From Octopus bimaculoides (taxonomy: Eukaryota), in assembly GCF_001194135.2 (NCBI RefSeq), contig NC_069000.1, positions 2,910,865-2,974,864 of the forward strand: 64,000 nt of DNA, in the 5' to 3' direction. Each line of letters starts with the position of its first letter. The first letter of the stretch is position 1. Below, one piece after another: positions 52,567 through 64,000 of the stretch. Below the pieces are notes generated by a model, which had not been told where the DNA came from, ran no database searches, and was given only the letters and a program-made list of their open reading frames with translations. Both the position numbers and the translations under genes were made by a program.

Positions 52567-53308
52567 CATTATTATTAATAATAATAATAAATAATAATAA
52601 TAAAGATCACAGTTGCATCCAGTATTTTACAGAGATACCAAATATTCGCAGAAGTGTATGAGAATGACATTAATTTGTTTGTTTTCTTTTGTTATTTTCT
52701 ATTGTCTTTCGTTCGGTTTATTTAGCGTATATAATTCTGTTCGATTATGCGTTATTTTCACGACTATCAATTTATTGCGTTGATCTGCGTTTGATACTTG
52801 ATTTACTTGTACCATCTTGCAAAGCAAAAAGAAAAAGAAAAAGAAAAAAAACAAAAACGGTTACCCCTCCCCGATGCTCACAATGGTTAACCAAACAAGA
52901 TAAAACTCTGACATAAGCTATCAAGCACAAAGCCGAAGATACTTCATTAAGAAAAAGAGATGAACAATGGCTATTTATGTTTCGTAATACCTTGAGATCA
53001 CAAATAAACTAAGAAACATTAATCTATAAGAAATAGCATAAATAAATCGAAATACTCTGATATACCAGATTAGCTGATACACAGAACTAGCGATGGGAAT
53101 AAACACATTACAATGGATTTGCAAGACAGATTACCGGTGATACTCGAGAATGTGAATAGAAGTATATATTTACATGTATACTTATGTGTGTATATGAATC
53201 TATGGACAACGGAAAATTTTGAGAATATTGAATATATTGCTGTCAGACAACACGCATTCCTACAAACAGATATGTGTACTTCGTGAAGTACACACCAATA
53301 TATATATA

Positions 53309-53694
53309 NNNNNNNNNNNNNNNNNNNNNNNNNNNNNNNNNNNNNNNNNNNNNNNNNNNNNNNNNNNNNNNNNNNNNNNNNNNNNNNNNNNNNNNNNNNN
53401 NNNNNNNNNNNNNNNNNNNNNNNNNNNNNNNNNNNNNNNNNNNNNNNNNNNNNNNNNNNNNNNNNNNNNNNNNNNNNNNNNNNNNNNNNNNNNNNNNNNN
53501 NNNNNNNNNNNNNNNNNNNNNNNNNNNNNNNNNNNNNNNNNNNNNNNNNNNNNNNNNNNNNNNNNNNNNNNNNNNNNNNNNNNNNNNNNNNNNNNNNNNN
53601 NNNNNNNNNNNNNNNNNNNNNNNNNNNNNNNNNNNNNNNNNNNNNNNNNNNNNNNNNNNNNNNNNNNNNNNNNNNNNNNNNNNNNNNNNNNNNN
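53309..53694. other. Assembly gap (N)
   Basis: N run within (TA)n. Confidence 0.99.
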
Positions 53695-54447
53695 ATATAT
53701 ATATATATATATATATACAGCTCAGTACAGTTTCTACTTCGCAGATATTCACCTGCCCATGGGGATTTTGGAACGTAACACCTGCGATAGTCGAGGGATT
53801 ACTCTAAGTCTTCCAAGGTTTGAAAGTTTCTCCCCGGCGAACTCCCCCCCCCCATTGCTCTCAATTATTGAGTCTCATACATTTCAGTCTTTCTCTCTCT
53901 CTCTTTATTTCCTTCACACGTATTGTGATGCAGAACCATTGCTGTCGTGTAACGCAATGGTCCGCCTTCTGCTCCTTAAATTTATTTACTAAGAACCTAT
54001 CATATTCAAAACTTTTCTGGTACGTATACCACACTAATCTGCCTCTAGAAATTTTCCATTTGACACAAAACGAACAGTGCTAAGAATCCTTTAATATCAG
54101 GTGTGAAAGCATCCTTGTCTCGTAGAACTCTCAATTGATTTCACTCCGTTTATCATTAGCTAAGAACCGTGCTTCCTAGAAGTTTCACACATAAATATAT
54201 CCTACTCTCCATATTAATCTCACTTTCTCACACAATATTCCTAAGGTGCTGCTTTCTCATTATTAGCAAGAACCCACATCAATCTCTCATAATCACATAT
54301 ATAAACAGAAACACATAGTCACCATAAGTTTGCATAGACTGTCCGTCTTCAATCGAATTTCATACGCATATTCAATGGCATGTATGAAGATATATACGCT
54401 ATGATCAAAATACCTACAGTTACTTAGTATGAACAATATAACAGTAT

Positions 54448-54750
54448 GACATCATTGGCTCTGCAATTCCCTATGACACCAAAGTGGATACAAAAGGAAT
54501 TGGAAAATATTGATGAAAAGATTGTGGAAGACTTACAAAAATTATGCCTGTAGTAGCTGGTGAACTTGGTACATCACTTAAGAACATGATCAGTAAACAA
54601 GTGTCACCTTAGTCTGCTGACCGTGGATAGATGGCACCTTCCATCACACCCAGCAAAATAAACTGTGTCTTTTCATATAATAATAATAATAATAATAAGT
54701 ATAACAATAATACTAATGATGACAATAATAATAATAATAATAATAATAAT
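54448..54750 (+). mobile_element. 3' fragment of an R4/Dong-type non-LTR retrotransposon (restriction-like endonuclease) with (TAA)n tail
   Basis: DIIGSAIPYDTKVD-/KELENIDEK-/KIMPVVAGELGTSLKN matches the RLE C-terminus IIDxAxPxDxxxxxKExEKIxKY...PVVxGxLG. A short 3' UTR (cccagcaaaataaactgtg) is followed by (TAA)n from 54678. Confidence 0.7.
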
Positions 54751-54813
54751 CCCAATGTCACTGTCATGGCATGCATTGCTCTCTCACTCAAGGATGATAA
54801 TCTCAATAATAAT

Positions 54814-55020
54814 CCTTTCTACTATAGGCACAAGTCTAGACATTTCGTGGGAGAGAGTAAGTCAAATTACATGGACTCTAGTGATCAACTGGTACTTATT
54901 TTATCGACCACGAAATGATGAAAGACAAAGTCCTCTCCCGCAACATTTGAACTCAGACCATACAGACGATCGAAATTCTGCTATGCCCAATGTGTTGACC
55001 ATTCTGCCAGCTCACCGTTT
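54814..55020 (-). mobile_element. SINE family A, full length, decayed
   Basis: ctttctactataggcacaag...caactggtacttattttatcgacc...atttgaactcaga...attctgccagctcaccg. Confidence 0.8.
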
Positions 55021-55167
55021 TAAATAATAATTATAATAGCAATAATAATAATAATAATTGAAAGAGTATGTGAGAGAGAAGCCTATGAACTGATGTACAT
55101 ATATAAACGCAAGCAAAGCCATAAACGCATACATACACACGCACGCATATTCACAAACGCATACATG

Positions 55168-55205
<38 letters not shown>

Positions 55206-55407
55206 CACACACGCACATACTCGCACAGAGACTGGCAATAAAGAGAAGATTACGAGCAACCTCTTCCAATTCTTTGATGCTGAGTCAAATTAATTTTCCG
55301 AGGCTATTGTTGGTAAGTGCGCAGTTCAGAATGAAAGGTAGCTTGCTATGACTCTGATAATTCATTGGAGGTAGCCATTCATCGAGACCTTTCCCTTCGG
55401 TGTTTCT

Positions 55408-55444
<37 letters not shown>

Positions 55445-56149
55445 TCTTAGGCAATCTGATGCCCTTTGTCTTGTGCGTATAATAAGGATCATTTTCGGTT
55501 TGCATCTAACAAGAATTCATTGTGTTCTGTAACATCACATGTGACATTCCGAGGTGCTTATTAAAAATATGTGGACAATACATTCTCGAGAACATCCATA
55601 CATACGCAGATTTGAATAAACTTGTACGCATGCGGGCACACATACACACTCGCCTATTTACGTTCATGTACATCTGCAGTTATTTATGCACTCTGCTACG
55701 TCCCCGAAAGGTTCTATACTTTAAAAGATCAGATTTTTAGACCCCACCAGTCTACCTATCTGCTCCTCAAAGAGTACTGAAACACATATTCTGCTTCTCA
55801 GAATACTGATTGGTAAAAGTCAACATTAAGATAAGAGATAAAATTCCATGAAGAATCTTTTGGTTCGAAAGCGCCCACGAAGTAGATTATGACACCCAGG
55901 AACTAAGCTTGCTCCAGCTTGGTTGACATATGTTGCTTAATTTGCCCATCTATCCAACTGACCTTCCTAATTAAAGGCATTGTCCTACTCTATTCTAGTC
56001 ATAGTCTGAGATACACCATCGCATTAGATTCGATACGTGGAAGGTTTTAATTGTTTACCTCTTACAGCAATGTCATCTTGGGAAAATGATTTCCGTTGTG
56101 CGTGTGCGTGCTTGTATGTGTGTGTGTGCGTGTGTGTCTTTGTCTGTTT

Positions 56150-56275
56150 GCGCCTGTGTGCCTGCGATGGTGCCCAATCCCCATTGCTTAGCAACCGGTA
56201 TTTTCTATTTTAAACCCCCATGACTTAGCAGGTGGGGAAACAGACACCGATGAAATATGTACCGGTTTTTTAAAT
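56150..56275 (+). mobile_element. SINE family B, middle fragment, decayed
   Basis: attgcttagcaaccggta...ccccatgacttagcagg...agacaccgatgaaatatgtacc. Confidence 0.5.
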
Positions 56276-56364
56276 CGCTGAATACAAATATATGTTTGAC
56301 CAAATATTCTTGAAGATGGTTCTGTAGCTTAGTTGCAATTCAATTATTATGAAAAGTAACGGTT

Positions 56365-56402
<38 letters not shown>

Positions 56403-56535
56403 CAAACAGGCAGGCAGGCAGGCAGATAGATAAAAAGATAGACAGACAGACAGACAGACAGACAGTTAGAGAGACAGATAGATAGACAGATGGTTGGACG
56501 GACGAACGGATAGGCAGACAGACCGACAGATAGAT
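56365..56535. repeat. (GATA)n-(GGCA)-(GACA)n tract
   Basis: Read directly. Confidence 0.92.
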
Positions 56536-57099
56536 ATTCAACGAAACAAACTGGAAAACAGACAGTAACGGAGGGAGAGAGAGAGTAAGATAGAAAGACA
56601 TGTTTTCCACAGTAGATTAAGAAGAATCTACGCAAATTTTCTTATGACCCATTTGGTATGTGGAGTCAGTATTTTATCTTCTGTCCATTTCCATTCCACC
56701 ATTTCAATACTAATATTCAGCACATTTTTGCCAGCAGAATTGCGCAGCAGCAATTTATGTGTCGAACAACGCAACAGAGGTCGTCTAACAATCATATGTT
56801 ACTTTTTGTGGATCGGGTTTGAATGTTCTCAATATCTACTTAGACGATAAATTGCATGTTTTAGCCATTTTCCTAATTTGCACATAAAATGATGAATCGT
56901 ACTCATTACGTGTCACAAGTCATATAATATTTTACGTTCTTGTACTGTAGATTATTCTATGTCTGTATCGATTTTGTGGTTTCTTAGATGATTCTTACAT
57001 GATTGGTTGTGAACTGTTTGAAGATTTCCTGCATGGAATTTCATGTTATATTTTCCATCAGCATCGAGAGAATTCTTTGAGTTTTTACTATCCACGCAA

Positions 57100-57500
57100 A
57101 GTTGTATAAATGTTGAAAACTTAGCATGAGCGGGCCGGCTGGTCGGATTGTCTCTATCTACAAACGAGTGTGAATCGAATGGAGAGAAATACAACACATA
57201 TTGATCAAATTACAGAGCGACAGTGGTTCGATATTGCGGAGAATTTATTTTCCACAAAATGTAATGAGAGTTTCCAAACAACCCAATCTCTGCGGTGCAA
57301 TAACATATTTTAAAAGTCATGTGCGATATTTTTCGAGATGGGTGCCAAATGAAACCTGACGCAACATCAGGCTGCCGTGTGAGACACGGATCAACATCAG
57401 TTGGACCGCACTATTAATAAATAATTATACATTATTTGGCATCGTAAAATTAGCTGTGCTACTGACAAAATTCCGCTGGTCACAGATTCATAATGATACC
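57100..57500 (+). mobile_element. Decayed mariner transposase remnant
   Basis: YFKSHVRYFSRWVPNE (SRWVPNE at 57333-57353) corresponds to the WVPHEL motif. Weak downstream HRKIS..DK (cf. RIVTxDExW). Many stops. Confidence 0.45.
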
Positions 57501-58390
57501 CCAGATTTTAAAATTTAAGAACGTTCGGACATATTACTCCCAAATAAATTTTTGGGTTGACCAGTGTTTCAGGAATGAGCACTGACTTTCAAAGTTCTCT
57601 GAGAGGTACTTTCTACCCAGTCAGAGAAAAGTTTGGCATCACATGTAACCTTATATTATTTTAGAAACGTGATCAATTCTACCTTGAAATTAAGACTAAA
57701 AAATATGGTAACGTGCGATGTTAGAAATGATGGTGTGTAGGTTTTGCAGTTTTGAGAGATAGGCAATATATTCACTCTTATGGATTCAAGCGCTTTTACG
57801 AGATTCCACATGAGAAGAAAATTAACAGAAGCTATTAAAATAGTTTATATACTTTAGAATCGTTATTATCCTTCAAATTGTGATGTTGAGATTCTAAACA
57901 TATTCTCAAAGCAGATGCGGCAACATTTAATTAGATGATGCATAACTTTTCGCTAGGAAAAGCCACAGGCCTGAAAACTTGTTTGACTTTCTGTTACCAG
58001 CTGGGTGGTGAAAAAATAGTCCTCTACATGTATGTGTGTGTATGTGTGTGTATGTGTGTGTGTGTGTGTGAGTGTGTGTGTGAGTTCGTGAATGCAATGT
58101 GTATATGTGTAAAGCTACATAAATATGCAAATATATATTTTGAAACGTGGTGTATATAAAAACATATGATACTTCATATATATTACACGCACAAACACAC
58201 ACACACACACACGCACACACACACACACACTTGTTACCAGTTGAAATATGCTTCAGGCATATTCGAACCTGTAAGAAAGTCATTGGATTATGCCTCTAGC
58301 ATATTTCAACTGGTTAACAAGTTTACATTTATACTCATCACTGCTTAGCGGTTCATCTGATATATATATATACACACATTGAGACGGAGA

Positions 58391-58440
<50 letters not shown>

Positions 58441-58689
58441 GAGAGAGAGACGTCAATAAAGTGACAGCGGTTGTTAAATTGCTAATAAGCTACCTACATT
58501 ATATATAGTTATCACTTCTAGCGTTTTTGAAATCAGCACAGGTTTTTAACGGTTTTTCTTATAAGTTGACGAGGTCAGCTGAGCTTAACCCTAGGCGCAG
58601 AAATAGCCACTGACGAGAATTAAGTTACTCTGCATTAAAATTCGAAATCGCGTGGTATGGCTATATATGCGACCCTTGTCAACTTAATA

Positions 58690-58776
58690 ATGGTGTTGAT
58701 TTGTTCAACTGAAAGGCGCTACTCCAGCATTGTCGCAGTCATATGCCTAAAAAAAAACTAAAAGAATAAAAGAATA
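58690..58776 (+). mobile_element. SINE family B, 3' end
   Basis: gatttgttcaactgaaaggcgctactccagcattgtcgcagtcatatgcc...aaaagaataaaagaata. Confidence 0.65.
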
Positions 58777-59415
58777 CACACATACACGCGAATACTTTCT
58801 TACCGTCTGTGACGATATCTGATGTGCTGGTGTGTGTGTGTGTGTGTGTGTGCGTGTGTGCGTGTGCGTAACACTTTGTCACTACTAAATATAACCGTAT
58901 AACAATAAGCAATATAACAAAAGTTGGTGATCTCATTATAAACGTTAGCTCAATAACAATACTCAAACGCAGAGTCAGTAACGAGACTAATGCTCACACT
59001 GTTCGACATCAAAAGTCTACTGTCTCATCTATTTATAAGGGTTGTAAAGTCCACTGATAGTCACGCGGTTGTGTTGTGGGGTGGTGTTCATTCCACAGTA
59101 CGTATGTACACAGAACTATCTACATCTATATATTTTCACACTTAAAAACTGATACTCTACTTTTATGTGTTTTACTGTTTTATGTAGAGAGATCTTTTCC
59201 GTATGTACACACATACTGTTCTAAATATATCTGCACTTAATTTTCGAAGCTCCGTTAGCTCTATCGGTAAGAAGATATAAAACGGTAGGATACGAGTGCA
59301 TTGCATCTTGTAGCAGAAACAGTTGTAGGCTAATGAATTCCATTACAAAATTTCCATCCTCTTGTCATTTATTTAATCTCATATTACAGTCTTTTCATAT
59401 ATATATATATATATA

Positions 59416-59502
59416 NNNNNNNNNNNNNNNNNNNNNNNNNNNNNNNNNNNNNNNNNNNNNNNNNNNNNNNNNNNNNNNNNNNNNNNNNNNNNNNNNNNNN
59501 NN
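59416..59502. other. Assembly gap (N)
   Basis: N run within (TA)n. Further 10-N gaps lie at about 8365, 18897, 26623, 51247, 59786 and 61575. Confidence 0.99.
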
Positions 59503-59795
59503 NTATATAAAATTCAGTATACACAATTACAAGGAAGAATGTAAAATCATGATTAGATATACGTCCTATATTTCATGGCCAGTGTTTTTCTGTTGCTTCA
59601 GGATCTTTTCATGTTCTATGCTCAAACAGAATCCTCAACATCACAGAATCTTTGGAATACTTAATGTAGTAATTCAATGGTTTTGTTCTCTTCTCCCTCA
59701 CATTTTTCCTTCTCTCATTCCAATTCATTATGCTTCAGCTATACTACAATCATAGACATGCAACGAAACGAGGACGATACATGTANNNNNNNNNN

Positions 59796-59840
<45 letters not shown>

Positions 59841-60426
59841 TAAAAATATGTATTTACAAATTAATATGTATATATAAATAAATATACATACATATACCTA
59901 CATGTATTTCTATGTTACTAAACATTAATAACTATATATATGCGGGTGGGTGTTTACGTATACATGCATAAATGTTTAACATTTGTGTGGGTGTGTACAT
60001 ATATATACGTATGTGTTTATATACGTATGTATATATCTATGTGCGTGAGTGTATAATATCAGCTGATATATGTTCGTGTGTGTTGTAGCGGATGAGATGT
60101 GAGTGTGTATATATGAGGATGTACCCGACTTTAATTACATTGGAATATCGGAACGGACATGCGGATACTGCCGCAGAAATGTTCTAACGCCAATTATAGA
60201 GACCAAGCAGTCACAAACCCCCACATACAGACAAGCACAAACACATTACAAGCACACATATACTACACTTTCTTATGAGTAGTGACACACCTGTATATCA
60301 ATTCGATAAAGTATACGTTAGAAATTTCGTACCTCAGAGTATATGAAACAGCTTAGTACTCTTACATGCAATTCCTGGTATATCAAATGCGCGCGCGTGT
60401 GTATACATACATGCACGCAAATATTA

Positions 60427-60462
<36 letters not shown>

Positions 60463-60464
60463 TA

Positions 60465-60730
60465 TATATACGACGGGCTTCTATAAAGAAGACCGTCGAA
60501 CATACGAATATATGCATATATCTATATGTGTATGTCTTTGTCGGAACTTGACCCCCAGCACCGCTCGATAACTTGTGTTTGTGTATTTACATCCGCCTTC
60601 GGAAAAAGGGACCCGGATGCGATAAATAAGTCCTAGGGTCAATTTGTTCGACTAAAACACGTCCATGCTGTGTCCCATCATGGTGACAGTCAAAAGAGAC
60701 TGAAACCAGTAAAAAACAAAAGAAAAGAAG
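60465..60730 (+). mobile_element. SINE family B 3' half, preceded by a short inverted copy of its own junction
   Basis: cgacgggcttct-ataa-agaagaccgtcg, then ...accgctcgataac...aaataagtcctagggtcaatttgttcgactaaaac...gactgaaaccagtaaaaaacaaaag. Confidence 0.7.
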
Positions 60731-61294
60731 ATATACATATTTGGATGAATGCGCAGGCAATGCGTGTTTATGTATGTGTGTAAAGTGTGCTTGTTTCCGC
60801 GAATATGTGTTTAAATACGAGAATAACGTTAAATGTTTTTACTAGGCAAGAAACCGGGTTATTTTCCTAACACAATAATATAATCGAAGTAAATGCATAT
60901 TGATATTCATTTCCTTTTCATCATTCTGGTTTATCGAAGAATGTGTTGTAGTCGACGCCATCATTAATTCCACTCCAAATATTTTCACTGTGTAGTGTTT
61001 TGTAAAATCAGATTCCTCAATATTGCAGAGAGAAATATGCTAGAATAAGCACTAGACTTATAAAGAAAATGTCTTCGAATTAAACGTCTTTGGCTTTCAG
61101 TCATTCAACCTCTTGAGTTTCCTGAAGATTTTGTCTTCAATAGTTCCACTACTACTAGCATCATTATTACAGCTATCGAGATTTCAGTTTTCTTATTATT
61201 TTATTTTTGTCACATTTTGTTTGTAAAGATATGGAATATTATCACCGAATTTATAATGTAATTTCTTACGAAATAACCGTTCTATCTCTCCCCC

Positions 61295-61331
61295 ACGCTC
61301 TCTCTCTCTCTCTCTCTCTCTCACTCACTCA

Positions 61332-61391
<60 letters not shown>

Positions 61392-61584
61392 AGTGTTGTT
61401 TTAATGAAATTGAAAATTGCGTGGCGAGGCACAGCTGTTTTAATAGGAATAAAATCATACCATCTAGCGCTTCTATTGAGCACTCTTCACCTATTCGTTC
61501 GACATAATGTAGTCTACGTATATACATACGTACACACGCATAGATACACACACACAAACACACACGCTGTATATNNNNNNNNNN

Positions 61585-61637
<53 letters not shown>

Positions 61638-61808
61638 CAGAGGGAGAAAGAGATAGGTAGATAGAGAGATGATCAGATAGATAGATAGATAAATTGATTG
61701 ATAAATAGATAGCTAGATAGAGACGGATAGAGAGAGAGATGCAGGGTTCTAGGTACTTATATGATATGCAGCTTAAATCTCACCCCTCAGATATGTGTCT
61801 ACATGTAC

Positions 61809-61899
<91 letters not shown>

Positions 61900-61910
61900 T
61901 GTGTGTGTAT
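61295..61910. repeat. Dense microsatellite block: (CT),(CA),(TA),(GA),(GATA),(TG)
   Basis: Read directly. Confidence 0.9.
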
Positions 61911-62574
61911 GAATATATATGTATCTCGATAGTTAATAATGTGTGTCTACGTACATGGAGATACGCGTGTATATTATGTATTAGATATTAACTGAAATAC
62001 TTTATAGAGAACGGGAAGGATATAAGATTTATTTCTACATTTGTTGGCATGTCTGTACATACATACATACATACATACATACATACATAAATACAGAAAG
62101 ACAGACAGACAGACAGAGAGAATAAATTACGTTTTTTAAAATTCATATTGTTAAGCAATTAATTCACCGAACATCAAAGCGCTAATTAGTAAGTCCTTTT
62201 ACAATTCTCAACAGTAAATATCTTTGCACTAAATGTTTGTTTTTTCTGTTTGTTTTTTTCTTTCCGTAGTGGCTTTCGAGTTGTTTACCTCTATAGTACA
62301 GCGTAGACGAATGACTAATAAGTTCGCTTAACAACCAGAAAGCTCTCGGTCCAGTACCACTGGACGGCAACGTGACGGTATTTAAGTTTCTATAGCTTCA
62401 GCTGCCGTATATAGTGTGAGTGATTTTGGGTACTTGGAAAACTTATGGAAGACATCCGGCTGGTTTGTACAAATATTAAAATAAATAAATAAATAAATAA
62501 ATATATCTTCCTTGCCCCATAATGTGTGAGGCTCAGTTTACCTGGAAATTATATTCTAACTGGCCATCTGTTGG

Positions 62575-62835
62575 TTATCATGACGAGTTTTCCAGTGAGA
62601 TGCGATCGACAGAACAACCTGTTCGTGAAATTAAAATGTAAGTGCTTTAACCTTCCACAGAAACTCATAACCAAGGGAGATTCAGCCTGACACATAATAT
62701 GACAAGGCTAACCATATAGAGCGCAGGTACTACTCATGTATAGCGGCTGAGTGAACTGGACAAACGTGATATAAAGTGTCTTGTTCAAGGACACACCGGG
62801 CCCCCAGTTATCAAACGTAAGACGTTACTGTCGTG
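62575..62835 (-). mobile_element. Third tRNA-derived SINE family (C), decayed
   Basis: ccagtgagatgcgatcgacagaacaacc...gggagattcagcctgacac...gctgagtgaactggacaaacgtgatataaagtgtcttgttcaaggacac. The reverse complement tgtccttgaacaagacactt is CORE/MIR-like. A possible decayed head of the same family lies at about 21688-21740 (+). Confidence 0.55.
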
Positions 62836-63074
62836 AGACTGTTGCAATATTACTACTAAAGAGAAATAAAAATAGAAAACGACCTAATGTGTTGCTACTT
62901 CATTCATGGACGTCGAACGAAAGAAAAGTGTTGTTGACTTTGGTAGGGTTTGATCACAAATAGTACCAAGCAGGAAAGACAGCTCCAAATTCATTCTATC
63001 GGTCATTAACTTCTGTTGCCATGAATTTACCTGCCGTTAGTTCTTCGTATTTTCGATATTTTGAGGGATTTATC

Positions 63075-63250
63075 GGTGGCGAGTGGGCAGAATCGTCAGC
63101 ACGTCGAGCGAAATGCTTAACGAGATTCTGTCCGTTCTTGCATTTTGAGTTCAATTCCGCTGAGGTTGACTTTAGCTTTCATCATATCGGGTTTGATAAA
63201 ATAAGTACCAGCTGAACATTGGGATCGATGTGATTGAATGAAGCCCAACC
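63075..63250 (+). mobile_element. SINE family A, lacking 3' tail
   Basis: ggtggcgagtgggcagaatcgtcagcacgtcgagcgaaatgctt...gagttcaattccgctgaggttgactttagctttcatc...gataaaataagtaccag. Confidence 0.8.
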
Positions 63251-64000
63251 TCGACATTGCTGTACATGCGTCATAATTTGAAGCCAATATATGACGAGGG
63301 GTTTCATGCGAGTCGTGATCCTTCAGTTCCCTCTTTAGAATTTTGTATACAGTCCTTATACAAAAAATAAGATACCATCATCAATTTGTCAATACGTTAA
63401 TTAAATACCTCACATAAATCTTTAATACTTGTATATTAATTAAAAGTCGATCATATTGAAAACCGAAGCTTCAAGTTCCAGACGTACTTAGATTACAGAA
63501 CGGACTTTTCTTCTAGTCCACGACGAAATCTTATGAATTTACAATCTAACATTCTAGTGCATCGTTGCATTTACATTATCGACTCATTGTCGATATTAAC
63601 ATATGCTATTTATACGAAACACCAAGAATAGACGGAGCCAAAACTGACCAAACAACAGGTACACTGACCTTGCAGAGCTACCTTTGAATAAATAAAATCG
63701 TGTATACATTTCAGCTTTGGAAAATATTAACCTATACTATACTACCTATACTAAGTAATTAGCTGACATTTAATGTAAAACCTTAGATCTTACCGTAAAT
63801 ATAATTAAACAGTATGATATCATGAATACCATTGTGTACTTAAAAGAACTTTACTTCACTGTAATCAAAGCACCTTTGATCATCCTCTTCTTCAGCAGAA
63901 TGTTGTTTAAATTGTTTCCATGATATATACATATACTCAAATATACATGCACGTACAATGATGATATATCTATACGTGTATCCATATATATATATATATA

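Noticed and set aside
54448-55020. Family A SINE as the non-autonomous partner of the adjacent R4/Dong fragment
   Set aside because: The 3' ends share no sequence, and the tails are opposite motifs on the sense strand ((ATT)n versus (TAA)n).

Overview
This is AT-rich, microsatellite-dense, gapped eukaryotic (animal) DNA that is essentially non-coding. There are 13 N-gaps, nearly all flanked by simple repeats, as expected of a short-read draft assembly. The recurring tRNA-derived SINE families match my recollection of octopus (Octopodidae) repeats, so an intronic or intergenic cephalopod region is the most likely source; this is an inference, not a database result. I found no confident protein-coding gene, tRNA, rRNA, CRISPR array or prokaryote-style system. 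Most ORF-track entries are artefacts of (TA)n/(CA)n/(GA)n repeats and N-gaps. What the sequence does support: about 25 copies or fragments of tRNA-derived SINEs (two main families defined by repeats within the window), decayed Penelope-like RT/GIY-YIG remnants, an R4/Dong-type endonuclease fragment ending in (TAA)n, decayed mariner transposase pieces, a mariner-type MITE and a probable Helitron 3' end. The most interesting signal is a near-textbook recursive-splicing (ratchet) site on the minus strand at 33842-33880. Several low-confidence minus-strand exon candidates would place the window inside a large multi-intron gene. Inverted SINE pairs are plausible ADAR substrates. All splice-related calls need RNA-seq.
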